Source: Octopus sinensis (lineage: Eukaryota). From it: a stretch of 64,000 nucleotides of DNA. A model generated the notes under the pieces. It made no database searches. It saw only the letters and a program-made list of their open reading frames with translations, and had not been told where the DNA came from. The position numbers were made by a program, and so were the translations under genes. Every line of letters starts with the position of its first letter. The first letter of the stretch is position 1. The stretch lies in assembly GCF_006345805.1 (NCBI RefSeq), contig NC_042997.1:149606001-149670000 (forward strand). Reading direction: 5' to 3'. This document shows, piece after piece, positions 1 through 13,170 of this stretch.

Positions 1-53
1 TTCTTTCTTCTTCTTTTTCTTCTTCTTCTCCTCCTTTCTTCTTCTTTTCTTCT

Positions 54-88
<35 letters not shown>

Positions 89-270
89 TTCTTCCTCTTC
101 TTCTTCTTTTCTTCTTCTTCTTCTTCTTCTTCTTCTTCTTCATCCTCTTCTTCTCTTCTTCATCTTCTTCTTCTTCTTCTTCTTCTTCTTCTTCTCTTCT
201 TCTTCTTCTTCTTCTTCTTCTTCTTCTTCTTCTTCTTCTTCTTCTTCTTCTTCTTCTTCTTCTTCTCCTT
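1..270 (+). repeat. (TTC)n microsatellite
   Basis: Seen directly; explains the poly-E/K ORF 140..325. Confidence 0.98.
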
Positions 271-339
271 CATCCTTTGCTGTTCCAGTTTTAGATTGTA
301 TTTCAGTTTGATTTACAGCTTTCAATATTTCTTTTTCTT

Positions 340-1400
340 TTTCAGCTTTTCAGTTTTCTTTGCTTCTGAAGTAGGTATTTATGTAGTCCTACGGTGGTTA
401 TTTTGTAATAGTTCTCTAGCTGTTTAAGGCCTCCACCACCTTCGATACGTTGAATATATAACCTTTCTACGTCAGATTTCGTATGGCGCATCCTAAATCC
501 TGTCCTTATTTTTCTTGCTTTACTGTCTAGTTTGATTAGTCCATTTAGAGTCTGGTTAAGAAATATCGTAGCTGTAACTCATAACTGGGACGACCCTAGA
601 GTGTTGATACTTATCTTGTTGTTCGCACTGAGCTCTGTTTTCAGTATTAATCTAACTCGACTATAGTATACTTTTCTTATCTTTTCTTTAATTTATGTGT
701 GTTGCATCGTATTTAGTTCATTGATTTTTAATTATTTGTATGTCTGGCTTTGCTCTAATCCTCTTATTTCATTTGCTTTATCTAGTGTGATGTTGCTACT
801 CTTAACTAGTTTTCGTCTTTTCAAGGTTGCTTTGGCACACTTTTCTAAGCCAAATTTGATGTTTATTTGTTTGGTAAATACATGTATTGGCTGCAGTAAT
901 GTTTCCAGCTGTTTATCATTCGTAGCTTGCTGTTTTAGATCATCTGTGTATGAGGCGGTTGATTCTTTTGCCGTAACACTTGTATCTACATCCAGTTCTG
1001 TTTAGCATGTCAGATAAAGGTGTTAGTGCCAAGCAGCAAAGGAATGGAGAGAACGTGTCTCCCTGAAATATTCCTCTACTAATAAGGATGTATTTGAATT
1101 TTATGAGCCTCTCTTTTGTCTGGGGGTGTAGCACTGTCTGCCGTCTATTCATTGAATATTTTATATATTTTATGCTTATTGGTGCTACCTTGTTCATGGC
1201 TAGTGTTTCTAAGATTCTTGTGTGGAGAATACTATCTAAAGCCTTTCGGTAATCGAACAAGTCATATGCCATTGGTTTCATCCACTCTATTGCAGATGAG
1301 GGACAGCGGAGACACTTGTTCTTTCCAAACGTTGAAATTCCAGTTCATGGTCAAAGCTTGGTCATGTATGCCAGTATAGAGCTCACGGTCTCTTTTTTTA
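340..1400 (-). mobile_element. Decayed R4/Dong-like (RLE-type) non-LTR retrotransposon, RT and thumb fragment
   Basis: Minus-strand translation gives DYRKALDS, RGIFQGDTFSPFL, TDDLK, KFGLEKCAKATLK and SDVERLYIQRIEGGGGL, broken by stops and frameshifts; the same motifs occur in the 30-32.9 kb element. Confidence 0.85.
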
Positions 1401-1429
1401 GTGTTCCTTTCTTCAGTTATTCCCACCTA

Positions 1430-2355
1430 TTTAAAGCAACATCTGTTTAAATTGATTGTGTAGTCCCTGGTTGTGTATTTCTTCTTCGCGACCTTTTTGT
1501 ACTTCTTCCTTCATTTTTACCTTTTCCCTGGAAAATACACCCTCGTCTCTAAACTGACTTTAGCGAGGTTTCCTTACTTTGGGCTTGGTATCTCATTAAG
1601 ATCTCGACTTTGATACGTACGCAGTATTTCACACCTGTGAGTCCTCTTCCTCCATTTGCTCTCTTCATGTATAAGTGATCAGTGTCTGCCCGTGGATGAT
1701 GGGATCCATACCTCGTTAGGAGCTTTCTTGACTTCCTACGTACCTTTTTTTATTTCCTTCTCTTTCTACTTTCGGATTCCCGTGCCATAACGAACTACTG
1801 CGACTTTAACTGATTTTATAGCCAAAATTATGTCTCTGACATTCAGCATTGAAGCTAATATCCTCTCACTCGTCGCAGGTGCTTTCTTTTTGTCTTTTCT
1901 TCCATTTCTCGTGTTTGATTCTATCTGCCTCAAGTATTCCCAGATGGATTGAAGTTGAATTGCCTTCATCATTTAACCATTTGTCAACTCTATGCCTTCT
2001 GCCCTGACAATCGTTCCTTCCAATTGTAACACATTTTGAGAGTGCAAACCCCTTCTAAATATCATTGGAGAAAATCCGCACAGACTGGACTAGGTTGTCT
2101 AGACCTGCTTTACATTTTGTGAAGAACTTCAAGCCGTTCAAGAAGTGTAAGAGGATCAGTTTTCCGTTATCTATTCGCAAGTCACACCTCAACTTTGTTT
2201 TTTGTATTATTTCACTCAAGCGGATCATACCCAACATAAATATCAGTGGAGACATACTGTCCACCTGTAAGTTTCCTCTCTTGATTTACACCTCTCCTAT
2301 TACTTTATTCCCTATTGTCAATTATATTCTCAACCATTTCATACTGTTATTATTT
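1430..2355 (-). mobile_element. Second decayed R4/Dong-like RT fragment
   Basis: Motifs IKRGNLQVDSMSPLIF, LDNLVQSVRIFSNDI and RKSRKLLTRYGSHHPRADTDHLYMKRANGGRGL. Confidence 0.8.
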
Positions 2356-2377
2356 TTTAACTTTTAATCTACATGTT

Positions 2378-2440
2378 AAAGGCGGTGCTCCAGCATGGCC
2401 GCAGTCAAATGACTGAAACAAGTAAAAGAAATAAAAGAAA
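2378..2440 (+). mobile_element. Isolated 3' tail of SINE family A
   Basis: ggcggtgctccagcatggccgcagtcaaatgactgaaacaagtaaaag matches the tail of the complete copy at 27553-27975. Confidence 0.85.
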
Positions 2441-2683
2441 AAAATGTTTGTTACAGTCAAATTTTCCCGTATGTTGCATTAAGATATCGTGCATTTAAGA
2501 CAGAAGCCACACTTTACATCGCAACAATCTTTCCGGTTTTTTAGTTCCTTTGCTCTAGCAGAACTTTTCTCACAGTTGTATTGCGAGTTTTCCTTCCATC
2601 GCACCGACGTTATTGGATTGAATTTCTTTCGTGGAGGGAGCTTCTTAGTGTACGCCTGTGTTGTTATTCAGACCGGAGCTGAA

Positions 2684-2760
<77 letters not shown>

Positions 2761-2762
2761 TA
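2684..2762 (+). repeat. (TAT)n microsatellite
   Basis: Seen directly; explains the poly-Y ORF. Confidence 0.98.
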
Positions 2763-3939
2763 TTGCAGTGGGGCGCAGGTAGAATTTTCTTCAGTTCGAG
2801 CAACCCATTCCACTCAAAAGTTCCCTGAATAAGGGTCGTTTAAGGATGTAGAGCGTAACACCCATGTTTCCATAAATGAATTATCCAAACCAAAAGAATT
2901 TCTTTCAGCACATACATATGACGCTCCCCAACTACTTCTGCTCGTGATCAGAGATCGTTAGTCATTAAGGGGCGTGCTCAACAGGTTAAGGCCAAAACTG
3001 ACAAGCAAATCTGAGGTATTGAGCAGAAAATTTGCTGTCCCATCTTTTATACCAAGATAAAAAATGTACATGATAAAACTTCCAATCATTTAAGATCAGA
3101 AGCTATGAGAGTCATTCCCTGGTACTGCATCGGGACATTTATTATTATTATAATTATTATTACTTTTAATATGCATGCTTGTTACATTCACTTGCCGGAA
3201 GACACCCAGCATCCTAGGGCGAGAGAAGGATAAAAGATGTTAACGTACGATGTGAAAGCTCTCCGTTATTTCCTCTATGATTATCATCATTATGATTATT
3301 ATTATTATTATTATTATTATTATAATGATTATTATATACTGTCAATGTGCATGTTTTTTCGAGTGTTTCTGTTTATGTCAAATGGAATTCGAACAAATGT
3401 CAAAGCATTCAATCATAAAGCGTTTGTACGCACTCCCCCGTTAAGCAAATTAATGATGCAAATATAAACAGTGCTGCTAATATAGTGAACGTTAACGCCC
3501 CCTCTTTATGGAGCACTATAGAGAGTTAAAAACATGAAGCTGCGAGGGAAAAGTCCCAATTCTATGTATATAACTATTCTATCTAAACTGTTTCCTCCCA
3601 AACAAGTGATAAAGATTCAACGTACACTTCAAATATAATATTTCAAATAGGGAAAAGGGAAACAAAACACAGAAAAGTTATCCCTACATAACCATTATCA
3701 TATCCGTCATTCCTTCAAAAATACATTATATTCCATCATGCATTTCACAAATACATATTAAAAATGTGAGAATTCTCCATTGGAATTAAAGTACAAATGC
3801 AAACTGTCAAGGATTTAGGAAAATAACTCAATTCCACGTTTGAAATAATCTGAATCATTTTGCATTTCACATTGGTTTTACAAATAACCCATGTTCCGGT
3901 CCAAATTTGTTTTTATCTAATTTACTTAATCATAATTAC

Positions 3940-4760
3940 AATTTACTCACAACATCCATGTCATTTGGTATGGCTACATCTATGGTCTGACAGTATTTAT
4001 CTCTCTTATTCAATATGATGATATCCTGCCGACGTTGTTCGATTACACGATCCGTCTGAAAATCATAGTCTCAGAGTATCGTTCGTTTTCCATCATCCTG
4101 CATAACTTTACTTGGTACATGCGCATACAAGTTCTGTTACTTCATACTGATATTTACGGCATAAGAGACAATTAAGGTACAAACACATTTCATCGTGTCG
4201 GCATATGTATTTTTTTATGCAAGGCTCTCCCATCCACTTACCAAATGGATCACATTTTCCCCAGAGTCTGCATTTCTGGATGTCAGAAGTTTATAAAGGA
4301 AGTATAAATGTTATACTTCACTGAATTGGTAGTGAGGGCCTGGTCCTGTGCAGCACGCTTCAAATCAACTCGCGGAAGCCATGACTACGATGTTATATTA
4401 TCCTCAATGTCTTGTGTATTCCTTTCAAACTGCCCATGCATTCTCATTTCAAGAATGTCTTCTTTTCTCTTCTCTTCAACTCTTTTGTTAAACTCTGGCT
4501 TGCCCATCATTTTATCTACATTTACACCATTACCTAAAGCGGCATATTGCAGCAGGTCTTCATCATTATTTATCAAATATTCAGCAAATGTTCTCATTTC
4601 ACTCCTTCTACAAGTCATTTTACGTTTGCTGTAGGGTGTAGACCCCCATGCAGTGTCATCAACTTTCTTGTCCTTCTATCCAATGTTGACATCTGACCAC
4701 CACAACTGCCCAGATATTCATTCCGATAATCACATTTTTGGTATTTGGTATCCTTAGCAC
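3940..4760 (-). mobile_element. Third decayed R4/Dong-like fragment: post-RT region, zinc-knuckle remnant and RLE endonuclease
   Basis: Motifs LDRRTRKLMTLHGGLHP, RMHGQFER, AAQDQALTTN, RHD and DFQTDRVIEQRRQDIII...IDVAIPND. Confidence 0.85.
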
Positions 4761-4761
4761 T

Positions 4762-4935
4762 CCAGGCGACAGGCATATCGGTATTTCATCTGCCTCTACG
4801 TTATAAGTTCAAATTCCGCCGAGGTCGACTTTCATCCTTTCGGGGTCAATACCTTAAGTGCCAGTGAAACACTGGGTCAATGTAATCGACCAATCCCCTC
4901 TCCCCAAATTTTAGGCCTTTAATCGAAATGATTTT
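4762..4935 (+). mobile_element. tRNA-derived SINE family D, decayed
   Basis: B-box-like agttcaaattcc followed by gccgaggtcgactttcatcctttcggggtc; related heads at 33430-33530 and 39015-39170. Confidence 0.7.
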
Positions 4936-5548
4936 TTTCATTAGTAGTTTCGTCATCATCATCCTCATTACAAACTAAATATTTCATATGAATTATCTAC
5001 CTCGGGGTATGATATACAAGGAATATCAGATTAATGTGGAAGACTAAGATGAATTAACAATCAATTATTCACATATCTGTCACATTGTTTATGTTCATTC
5101 TATATCTGAATGTCGCCAGCAGATTCAAGAATAAATCAAATAAAAATGAAAATAAAACAATTTGTATTCTGACAAATTTTGAGAAACTGGGGAAACGTGA
5201 TTTTAATTACTTTATTTTAAAAATATATATTGTAGATTATTTTCAATTTCATAATTCACAAATGCGCAGGCGAAGAAGCAGGCGCGCGCAGAGATACACA
5301 CATACATATAAAAACGTTGAATAATATCGAACAGTGTGACAAGAATGCTCAATTTACCAGAGTATATAGTTTGTTGAAACTGTAGAGTTATCTCGTCATT
5401 TGAGGTTCACAACTCTGCAACACTAAAGTTAGTTCTAGACTGGAGGACGTAGGAGCTAACAATTTGAGTCGACAGATAAACATATGGTTTACTATTTCGA
5501 ATTCTTCTATCACTAAAAATAAATATATATAAATAAATATATATAAAT

Positions 5549-5606
<58 letters not shown>

Positions 5607-7293
5607 CGTTATTCTTTAAAACTGTGTCATTGGGCCAATGCGACAGGAAAATTTGTAGGTTCCTTACGGAAACGTAACTCGTCGGGTTGAGTATACATAT
5701 GCGTTTGTGTATATGTATATATAAGTCATTTGTGGAGGGTATATGTAAGAGTTTGCCGTGTTTGTACGTGTGTAAGTATTCGTATGTAACAAGTAGGTAG
5801 GTGTGGATATGTGTATTATGTGTGGCCATGCAAGGAGCTTATATATATAGCTACATGTATGTCTCAAAAGGGTATGATGGTTGGTGAACAGAAATACGCA
5901 TATGTTTATGAATATGAAACGTAAGCATAAAGGGTGAAGAACTTTATATAATTGGAAGGTGTTGTTTGTTATATATTTGGTTGATTTCGTATCCACTTTC
6001 CCAACAAACATTATTTTGAGTGCTAATTTCATACAATAGCGTTCACCTGTTATTTGTTATGGTCAATGGTTAAGATTTTAGGCCTATACTCAGGTATACA
6101 TTTTTAATATCTCCGTTGTTCATGTGTTTATTTTGGCATTGCAATGCGACATGATTACGGCTTCCATAATACTTTTAATGTTATGGGGAATTTTATTATA
6201 TAAGCCAGTGTTCTCGTCTAGATTTCTTCTCTGTAATTTTGATTTGTAGAGTTTGGCATATTTTGTTATAGCCCGCATAGTTATACGGATTTCTTTGATT
6301 CTCTACAGTACCGTGACTTAATGTATCTGTTTCCCGATACCTTTGACGAATAAATGGGGTATCATCTGAATTATTCTCGATTTTAAATGTTAATACGGAG
6401 CCCTATTCTACAAGTTCCTCTTCAGAACTTTCCTTAGTGTATTCGAGAAAACAGGCATATCAACTACGAATCAAGTGTGTAATATATATCTATGTTTTAG
6501 TATATTCCTGTTATTATTATAGAATGCCCCAAAGGTAGGTACTAAAGTTACACCATTGTCAATCTGCTTGCTTCATAGTTTAACCTATTTTGTATTAAAA
6601 TTTTCTATATTGTTTAACATCATTGATCCTTTTTAATTATATCCTCGGATTCCATATTTCCATTCGCTTCAGTTGAGAGTAGCTGTCGCACGACCAAATT
6701 GTCTGAAATTTCGTTGAACATTTTCCATGTTTTCATGGTATGACATACAAGTTTAGTTTTATATATTTCAAGAATAATTTACTTATACATGTTTCACTAA
6801 TCGCAGCAGTGCGCTCATCATTTCTCTTTTACTTTTGAGACGTTTGAATTTCCTATTAGTTGCGAGCTGATACTTCCTAAAAATATATTGAATATTACCA
6901 GACATTGCCAGATTAATTGTCAAACATTCTTATATAGGATGTCTGAGACGAAAACTTGGAATACAAATTTCAAATATAAACAGAGCTGTGCGCTTATAAA
7001 CACACACGCACACATATACAAATGCACACACAAACACACATATATATACAAATATAATAGCGAGATAGACAAAGAGAGATAGAGAGAGAAAATGAGAGGG
7101 TACCAAATCTAGGTATACATATATATATATATATTACTTTACCCGAAAAGATATTTAACGTCTTTGATTATACCAAATGTGGTTATTAACAGTGAAAAAA
7201 GTGTGTTCGCTAAAAGCATAACACATTCAGAATATTCTGTTGCTTGTGAAACTTTTTAGTGATTATATATATACTTTACGCGATATATATACA

Positions 7294-7357
<64 letters not shown>

Positions 7358-7364
7358 TGCGTAT

Positions 7365-7388
7365 CTATTTATCTATCTATCTACCTAC

Positions 7389-7420
<32 letters not shown>

Positions 7421-7430
7421 TGATCTATCT
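7365..7430 (+). repeat. (TCTA)n tetranucleotide microsatellite after (TA)n/(TG)n
   Basis: Seen directly. Confidence 0.9.
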
Positions 7431-8100
7431 ATCTGACTGTCTGTCAATCTATCTGTCTCACTGTCTATTTGTCCGTCAATCAAAAATAAATGCCTGTCTA
7501 TATGTATGTATGTATATACACACATACGCGATGGGCAGAGATATAGGCATTGAAGGAGATAGATATATAGATAGAGAGATAGATATATTTCGATTGATAC
7601 ACGAGTATACATAAATGCGTATAATCAGTTATATTTAATCATATATATTTATAATGATGTATTCCTGCAATTCAGTCTGTTTCTTCGGTGCGTGTATCAT
7701 ATATTGCATATTCTCAAGACATAGTATTTAAAGTAATTATATTCCTAATGGATTGTGATTAGAGGAGAGTGTGAGGGATTTTATACCCAGAGGTTACAAA
7801 TTGGAAATGATAACGAATAACTTCAACTAATGATGTTCTTAATTGTAGACTGCAAATGCGGATATGCACATGCAAATAAACATAAAGCGTTGTAATACAC
7901 TCACATACTCATCGTATCATATCTCTTTCCCCCTCTCTCTCTCTCTCTCTCTCTCTCACTTTTCTGTCTCTTACCATATTTATATGATATGCTTTTGTAT
8001 CCGCATATGTGTGTGCGTGTGCGTGCGTTTGTGATTGTGTGTGCGTGTGCTCGAGCACATATATACATGCACATATATATATATATGTATATATATATAA

Positions 8101-8135
<35 letters not shown>

Positions 8136-8183
8136 GAGATAGAGAGGACAGAGAGAAAGAGGGAGATATATGTATACACACAC

Positions 8184-8242
<59 letters not shown>

Positions 8243-8452
8243 ATAAGTATAAGTATTTGAGACTTTATATTGCCTTTATAAATATGTATATTCAATATAA
8301 ATACATACATATATATGTGGATGGTGGTGTCTATTGTATGTCTATTGTGGGATTTCATATATATATATTTATATAGGTATTTCATATACATATATTTATA
8401 TATCACTATGCATATTTATACATACATACATTCATCCATACATATATTTATA

Positions 8453-8521
<69 letters not shown>

Positions 8522-8526
<5 letters not shown>

Positions 8527-10885
8527 CTCCGACACTACTCTCGGATCACAACATGGTAGAGCTGACCATGTACGGGCCAAAGGAAAGCATGGATATGCAG
8601 CCTACAAGAAACTCTCTGAATCTTTCCAGCTTGAACTTCCATAAGGCAAACTGGAAACAAATTGAGAAAGAGATCCTCAAACAAAACTGGCCTGAATGTC
8701 TATCCTCGCTAGACATCGACATGAAACTTCAACAATTCATGTCTGTAATGCAACCCATATGCTACAAATGCGTTCCAGAGAGAAAGGCCACTGTACATAA
8801 GAGCAAAATCCCCAGAGAGAGGAAAATTCTAATGAGACAGCGTACAAAAGTTTCAAATCGCCTAAACAAACAAATTGAAAGCAGTGAAAAGTCCCGCCTG
8901 AAAATAAAACGGTTGGAAATTGAAAAATGTCTGCAACTCTCCCATGAAAAAGAAAGTGCACACAAAGAAGCCTAGGCTATAGACAACATAAAATCTAACC
9001 CCAGAGCTTTCAACAGGTATGCCAAAGAAACAGCTACGGTGCACTGTAGGATAGGGCCACTCCTTGAAAAGGATGGCACACTCACAGGAAATCCAATGAG
9101 GGTAACTGAAATACTAAATGAGCAATTCAAGAGTATTTTCACGCCACCCCTAAGGCATTTTCAAGTGAGCAATCCAACTGACTTCTTTACCACTGCAGAT
9201 ATAAAATCAGAGGCAGCGATGATTGATTACATCAATATAAAGGAAGACGATGTAATAAAGGCTATTGATGAAATGAAAACAAACTCAGCTACTGGCCCAG
9301 ATGGATTCCCAGCAATCCTTCTAAAAGTATGTAAGAGAGTCCTAGCAAGACCACTGCAGTTCCTCTTTCAGAGCTTCCTTGCAGCTGGCAAACTTCCAAG
9401 AAAACTGAAGGAAGGTAAAATATGCCCTATTCATAAGGGAGGTAACAGAGCGGAGGCCAAGAACTACAGACCTATTTCTCTGACCTCACACATCAGCAAT
9501 GTCATGGAACGAATAGTCAGAAGAAAATGACTTGCTGCCTGACACCCAACATGGTTTCCCACCAGGAAGAAGCTGCTTAACTCAGCTCCTACAACACTAT
9601 GACTTGGTGCTGAAACGACTGCTCAACCACTCAAATGTGGAAGTCATATATCTCGACTTTGCAAAGGCCTTTGATAAAGTCGATCATGGAATGCTATGTC
9701 ACAAACTGCGTGATCTTGGCATAGTTGGAAAATTGGGAGAAGGGCTTCATGACTTTCTGAAGGATAGAAGTCAGGTGGTAGTAGCCAATGGGGCCACTTC
9801 CACTAACACGTGGGCACTGTTTTGGGACCACTACTGTTCATAATGACCCTTTCAGACATGCCCTCATCCACGCAGAGAGCCACGATCACAAGTTATGCAG
9901 ATGATACAAAAGTTTCACAGGCAATACAGAACCCTGAAGACACTAAGCACCTTCAATGTGAGCTGGACAAAATATACAAGTGGGCTGAAAAGAATAGCAT
10001 GCAGTTCAATGCTGAAAAGTTTCAAGCTGTATGCTATCAGCACGCAAAACTAAATGCAATACCCAATAAATACACTGGACCTAGAGGGACTGCAATCCCA
10101 GTGGCACAATCAGTGCGAGACCTGGGTATTTACATAAGTGATGATGCAACATTTCATGTGCATGTTGTTAAATTGACAATGAATGTAGGCGGCTGACCGG
10201 ATGGATTCTTAGAACCTTCAGAACAAGAGACCAGGAAACCATGATGGTCCTCTGGAGGACACTTGTCCTAAGCCATTTTGACTATTGCTCTCAGCTATGG
10301 TCACCATCCAGTGTCAAGTTAATCACAGAACTTGAGGCGATCCAACGAAGCTACACGAAGAAGATAGCCTCTGTGCAGCATATAAGCTATTGGGAAAGAC
10401 TCAAAAGATTGAGACTCTATTTCCTTAGAGCGTAGGCGAGAAAGATATGCCATAATATACATCTGGAATATCCTAGAAGGCCTTGTTCCAAACTTTGGCA
10501 TCGAGAGTTACACAAATACCAGAACTGGGCGCCACAGCATAGTGCCAAGGACTCCAAATTTGCCATCTGGATGTAGGACAAGATTCTGTGATCGCCTGGG
10601 CTTCCGAGGCCCACAGCTCTTCAATATCCTCCCGAAGAACCTAAGAGACCTGCATGGGGTGAATGCCGATGTCTTTAAAATGAAACTGGATCTCTTCTTG
10701 TCAGGTATCCCAGATGAACCAACTTCACGGCAGGAGGTGCAGATGAGGGCAGCTGCATCGAACTCTCTCATGCACCAAATGGCAATTGCTAAAAAGCATT
10801 CGTGAAGTAAAATCATGTAGCAACACCAAATGGCGGTGCCCCAGCATGGCCACAGCTTGTGAGCTGAAACTAGATAAATAAAAAA
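8522..10885 (+). mobile_element. 5'-truncated CR1/L2-group (APE-type) LINE, ORF2 disrupted
   Basis: APE C-terminal SDH, SATGPDG, NYRPISLTS, QHGF..GRSCLTQLL, YLDFAKAFDKVDH, GTVLGPLLF, SYADDTK, DYCSQLWSP and FRGPQLFNILP spread over six ORF pieces; flanked by TA microsatellites. Clade not resolvable by eye. Confidence 0.93.
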
Positions 10886-10929
10886 TATATATATGCATGC
10901 ATATGTACATGTGTATATATATATAGACC

Positions 10930-11275
10930 ACCACATCATGAAAAAGATCAACAACCTGATCTCAAAACACTACAACTCACCGATAATGAAAGAGACTACA
11001 TCACCAATTTCCAACCAAAACCCAGCAACTTCTACGGCTTACCAAAAATACATAAATCAAAAGATATTCAACAGGCAGTAAAAGAACAAGAAAGTGAGTA
11101 CATAAAATTACTACATCCAAAAGACCTAAATCTTAGACCTATTATAGCTGGTCCAGCATGCCCTACCTACCGTCTAAGCAATTTTATTGACATTGTTTTG
11201 ATACCACTATGTACTTACATACCCAGTTTCATTAGGGATGACATCGACTTCCTGTCCCATCTTCCCAAAACAAGA
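10930..11275 (+). mobile_element. Penelope-like element RT fragment
   Basis: Open frame from about 11003: NFYGLPKIHKSKDIQQAVKEQESEYIKLLHPKDLNLRPIIAGPACPTYRLSNFIDIVL...SFIRDDIDFL. FYGLPKIHK and RPII are PLE RT signatures. Confidence 0.9.
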
Positions 11276-12636
11276 TATGTATCTTTCAGTGTGGATGTAT
11301 CTTTCTTACCGATTTCAGATACTTGGTTTCTATTCATGAAAACAGTTTTTCCTGCTTAATCGCTATTGTCATTTCTAGAATCTTTATATATGTTTTTCTG
11401 AGTTTGTCAGAGTACTCTTGTGATGAGTGCACTTCATAGGTTTAGTAATTATTTTGTTATTATATTTCTGACGGTATCGAGCTATTGATTCAGCGGATAT
11501 GTGTGGTTTGGGCTGCTCTGCTCCAATCCTAATATTTTCCTCTGAATTTCAATATAACATTGGTAAGAATAACATCTACAATTTTTTTTTAGTCTCTAGT
11601 GGGAAAACAGTTTGAAATTTCCATTATCGAAATCTATATTTAAATGATAAATTATATTTCAAACTCATGTATTGCACTCATAGATAGAGACGGAAGCCAT
11701 ACAGAGAGAGAGGCACACATGAAAAGACATATACGTGCGCGCGATTGTATATTTACGCGCGGATACCTAATTACATATGAATACAATATAGACACTCACT
11801 ATATATATGAATGCATAGAGACACACACTATACATATATATATGTATATATGTGTGTGTATATATATATATATATGTATATATATAAATGTTTGTATATA
11901 CATAAATACATATGTATATAAATATGTAATATACATTTATATATATTACATATATATCACAAATATATATACATATATATATACACACACGTGTGTGTGT
12001 ATGTGTATATGCTTGTGTGCGTGTGTGAATCTGTGTGGTGTAAGTATGTATGTATTTATGTATCGAAAATCAGGATAGCGTGTCCATATTTGCTTGGTAT
12101 ATAATTTCTAGAGTATTAACAAATCTGTTGGGGGCCTTGCAGTGAACTTAGTAATATCACACTGACGCAATAAATTCTCTGTATGTAACTAACCGGATGT
12201 GGCGCCATTTGGATTACTATGCATCTTCAGATGCTGTTACCGCTAGATTAACGATAGATTTGGTGCTCCAAATTGTTTACTTGATTTAGAGAAAGCATTT
12301 CTTGGAAAAAATGTACCAGGGGTAGTAAAACTGGAATCTATTACAGCTGAGTTGTGAAACATGTTATAGCTTAACTTTGAAAACATATTACAGCTTAACT
12401 TTTGGCATATCCTAATTTGTCATGTTTTCAACATTGATATTATACAATTTATGTTGCCTTTGAATTCAGCCAATTGTACAATTACTGTTTATTCAACAAT
12501 ACCATGACGAACGATACCGTTAAATATGAAAGGGAATAAGGGACTAAAAGTGTTTGCTGTTATAATTTACTGTTGCTGTACAATTTTCACCCGCTTATTG
12601 AAGATTGCAACATTTCCTTTTTTTATGCGCTCTTTT

Positions 12637-12911
12637 CAAGCCTAGCCATGCTCATGGGCCCAGTTTCCCGGTTTCTATGGCGTATGTGTTCTCCCCAGCT
12701 GGGCAGGACGCCAGTCCATCGCAGCATTACTCAAGAAACAGGAAGAAAGAGTGAGAGAAAGTTGGGGCGAAAGAGTACACCCCCTTCCGGAGCTCGTGAA
12801 GCTTTAGGTGTTTTCGCTCAATAAACACACACAACGTCTGGTCTTGGAATCGAAATCACAATCCTCTGAGCGTGAGTCCGCTGTCGTAACCACTGAGCCA
12901 TTGCGCCTCCA
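12637..12911 (-). mobile_element. Chimeric tRNA-derived SINE: family B head and body with family C tail
   Basis: The right half matches the head of 17263-17649; the left half matches the tail of 48921-49159. Confidence 0.85.
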
Positions 12912-13170
12912 TAAATGCGCCCTTTTAAAGCCTAGGCAGGCTCATGGGCCCGGTTTCCCCTGTTCCAATGGCGTATGTGCTCCCCCGCTGGACGGGACGC
13001 CAGTCCATCGCAGCGTTACTCATTTTTGCCAACTGAGTAGACTGAAGTATTTTTGCCAGCTGAGTGGACTGGAGCTCAAGAACACAACGCGTCGCCCGGT
13101 CCAGGAATCGAAACCATAATCTTACGATCATGATACTGACAAGCTAACCACTAAGCCACGCGCCTCCACA
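12912..13170 (-). mobile_element. tRNA-derived SINE family C with a small internal tandem duplication
   Basis: A/B-box head (gtggcttagtggttag, gtttcgattcc on the minus strand); atttttgcca.ctgagt.gactg occurs twice; homologous to 48921-49159. Confidence 0.9.

Noticed and set aside
5700-6850. Minus-strand decayed coding-like sequence, possibly PLE
   Set aside because: No diagnostic motif recoverable by eye, so left unclassified. The same holds for about 15800-17200.
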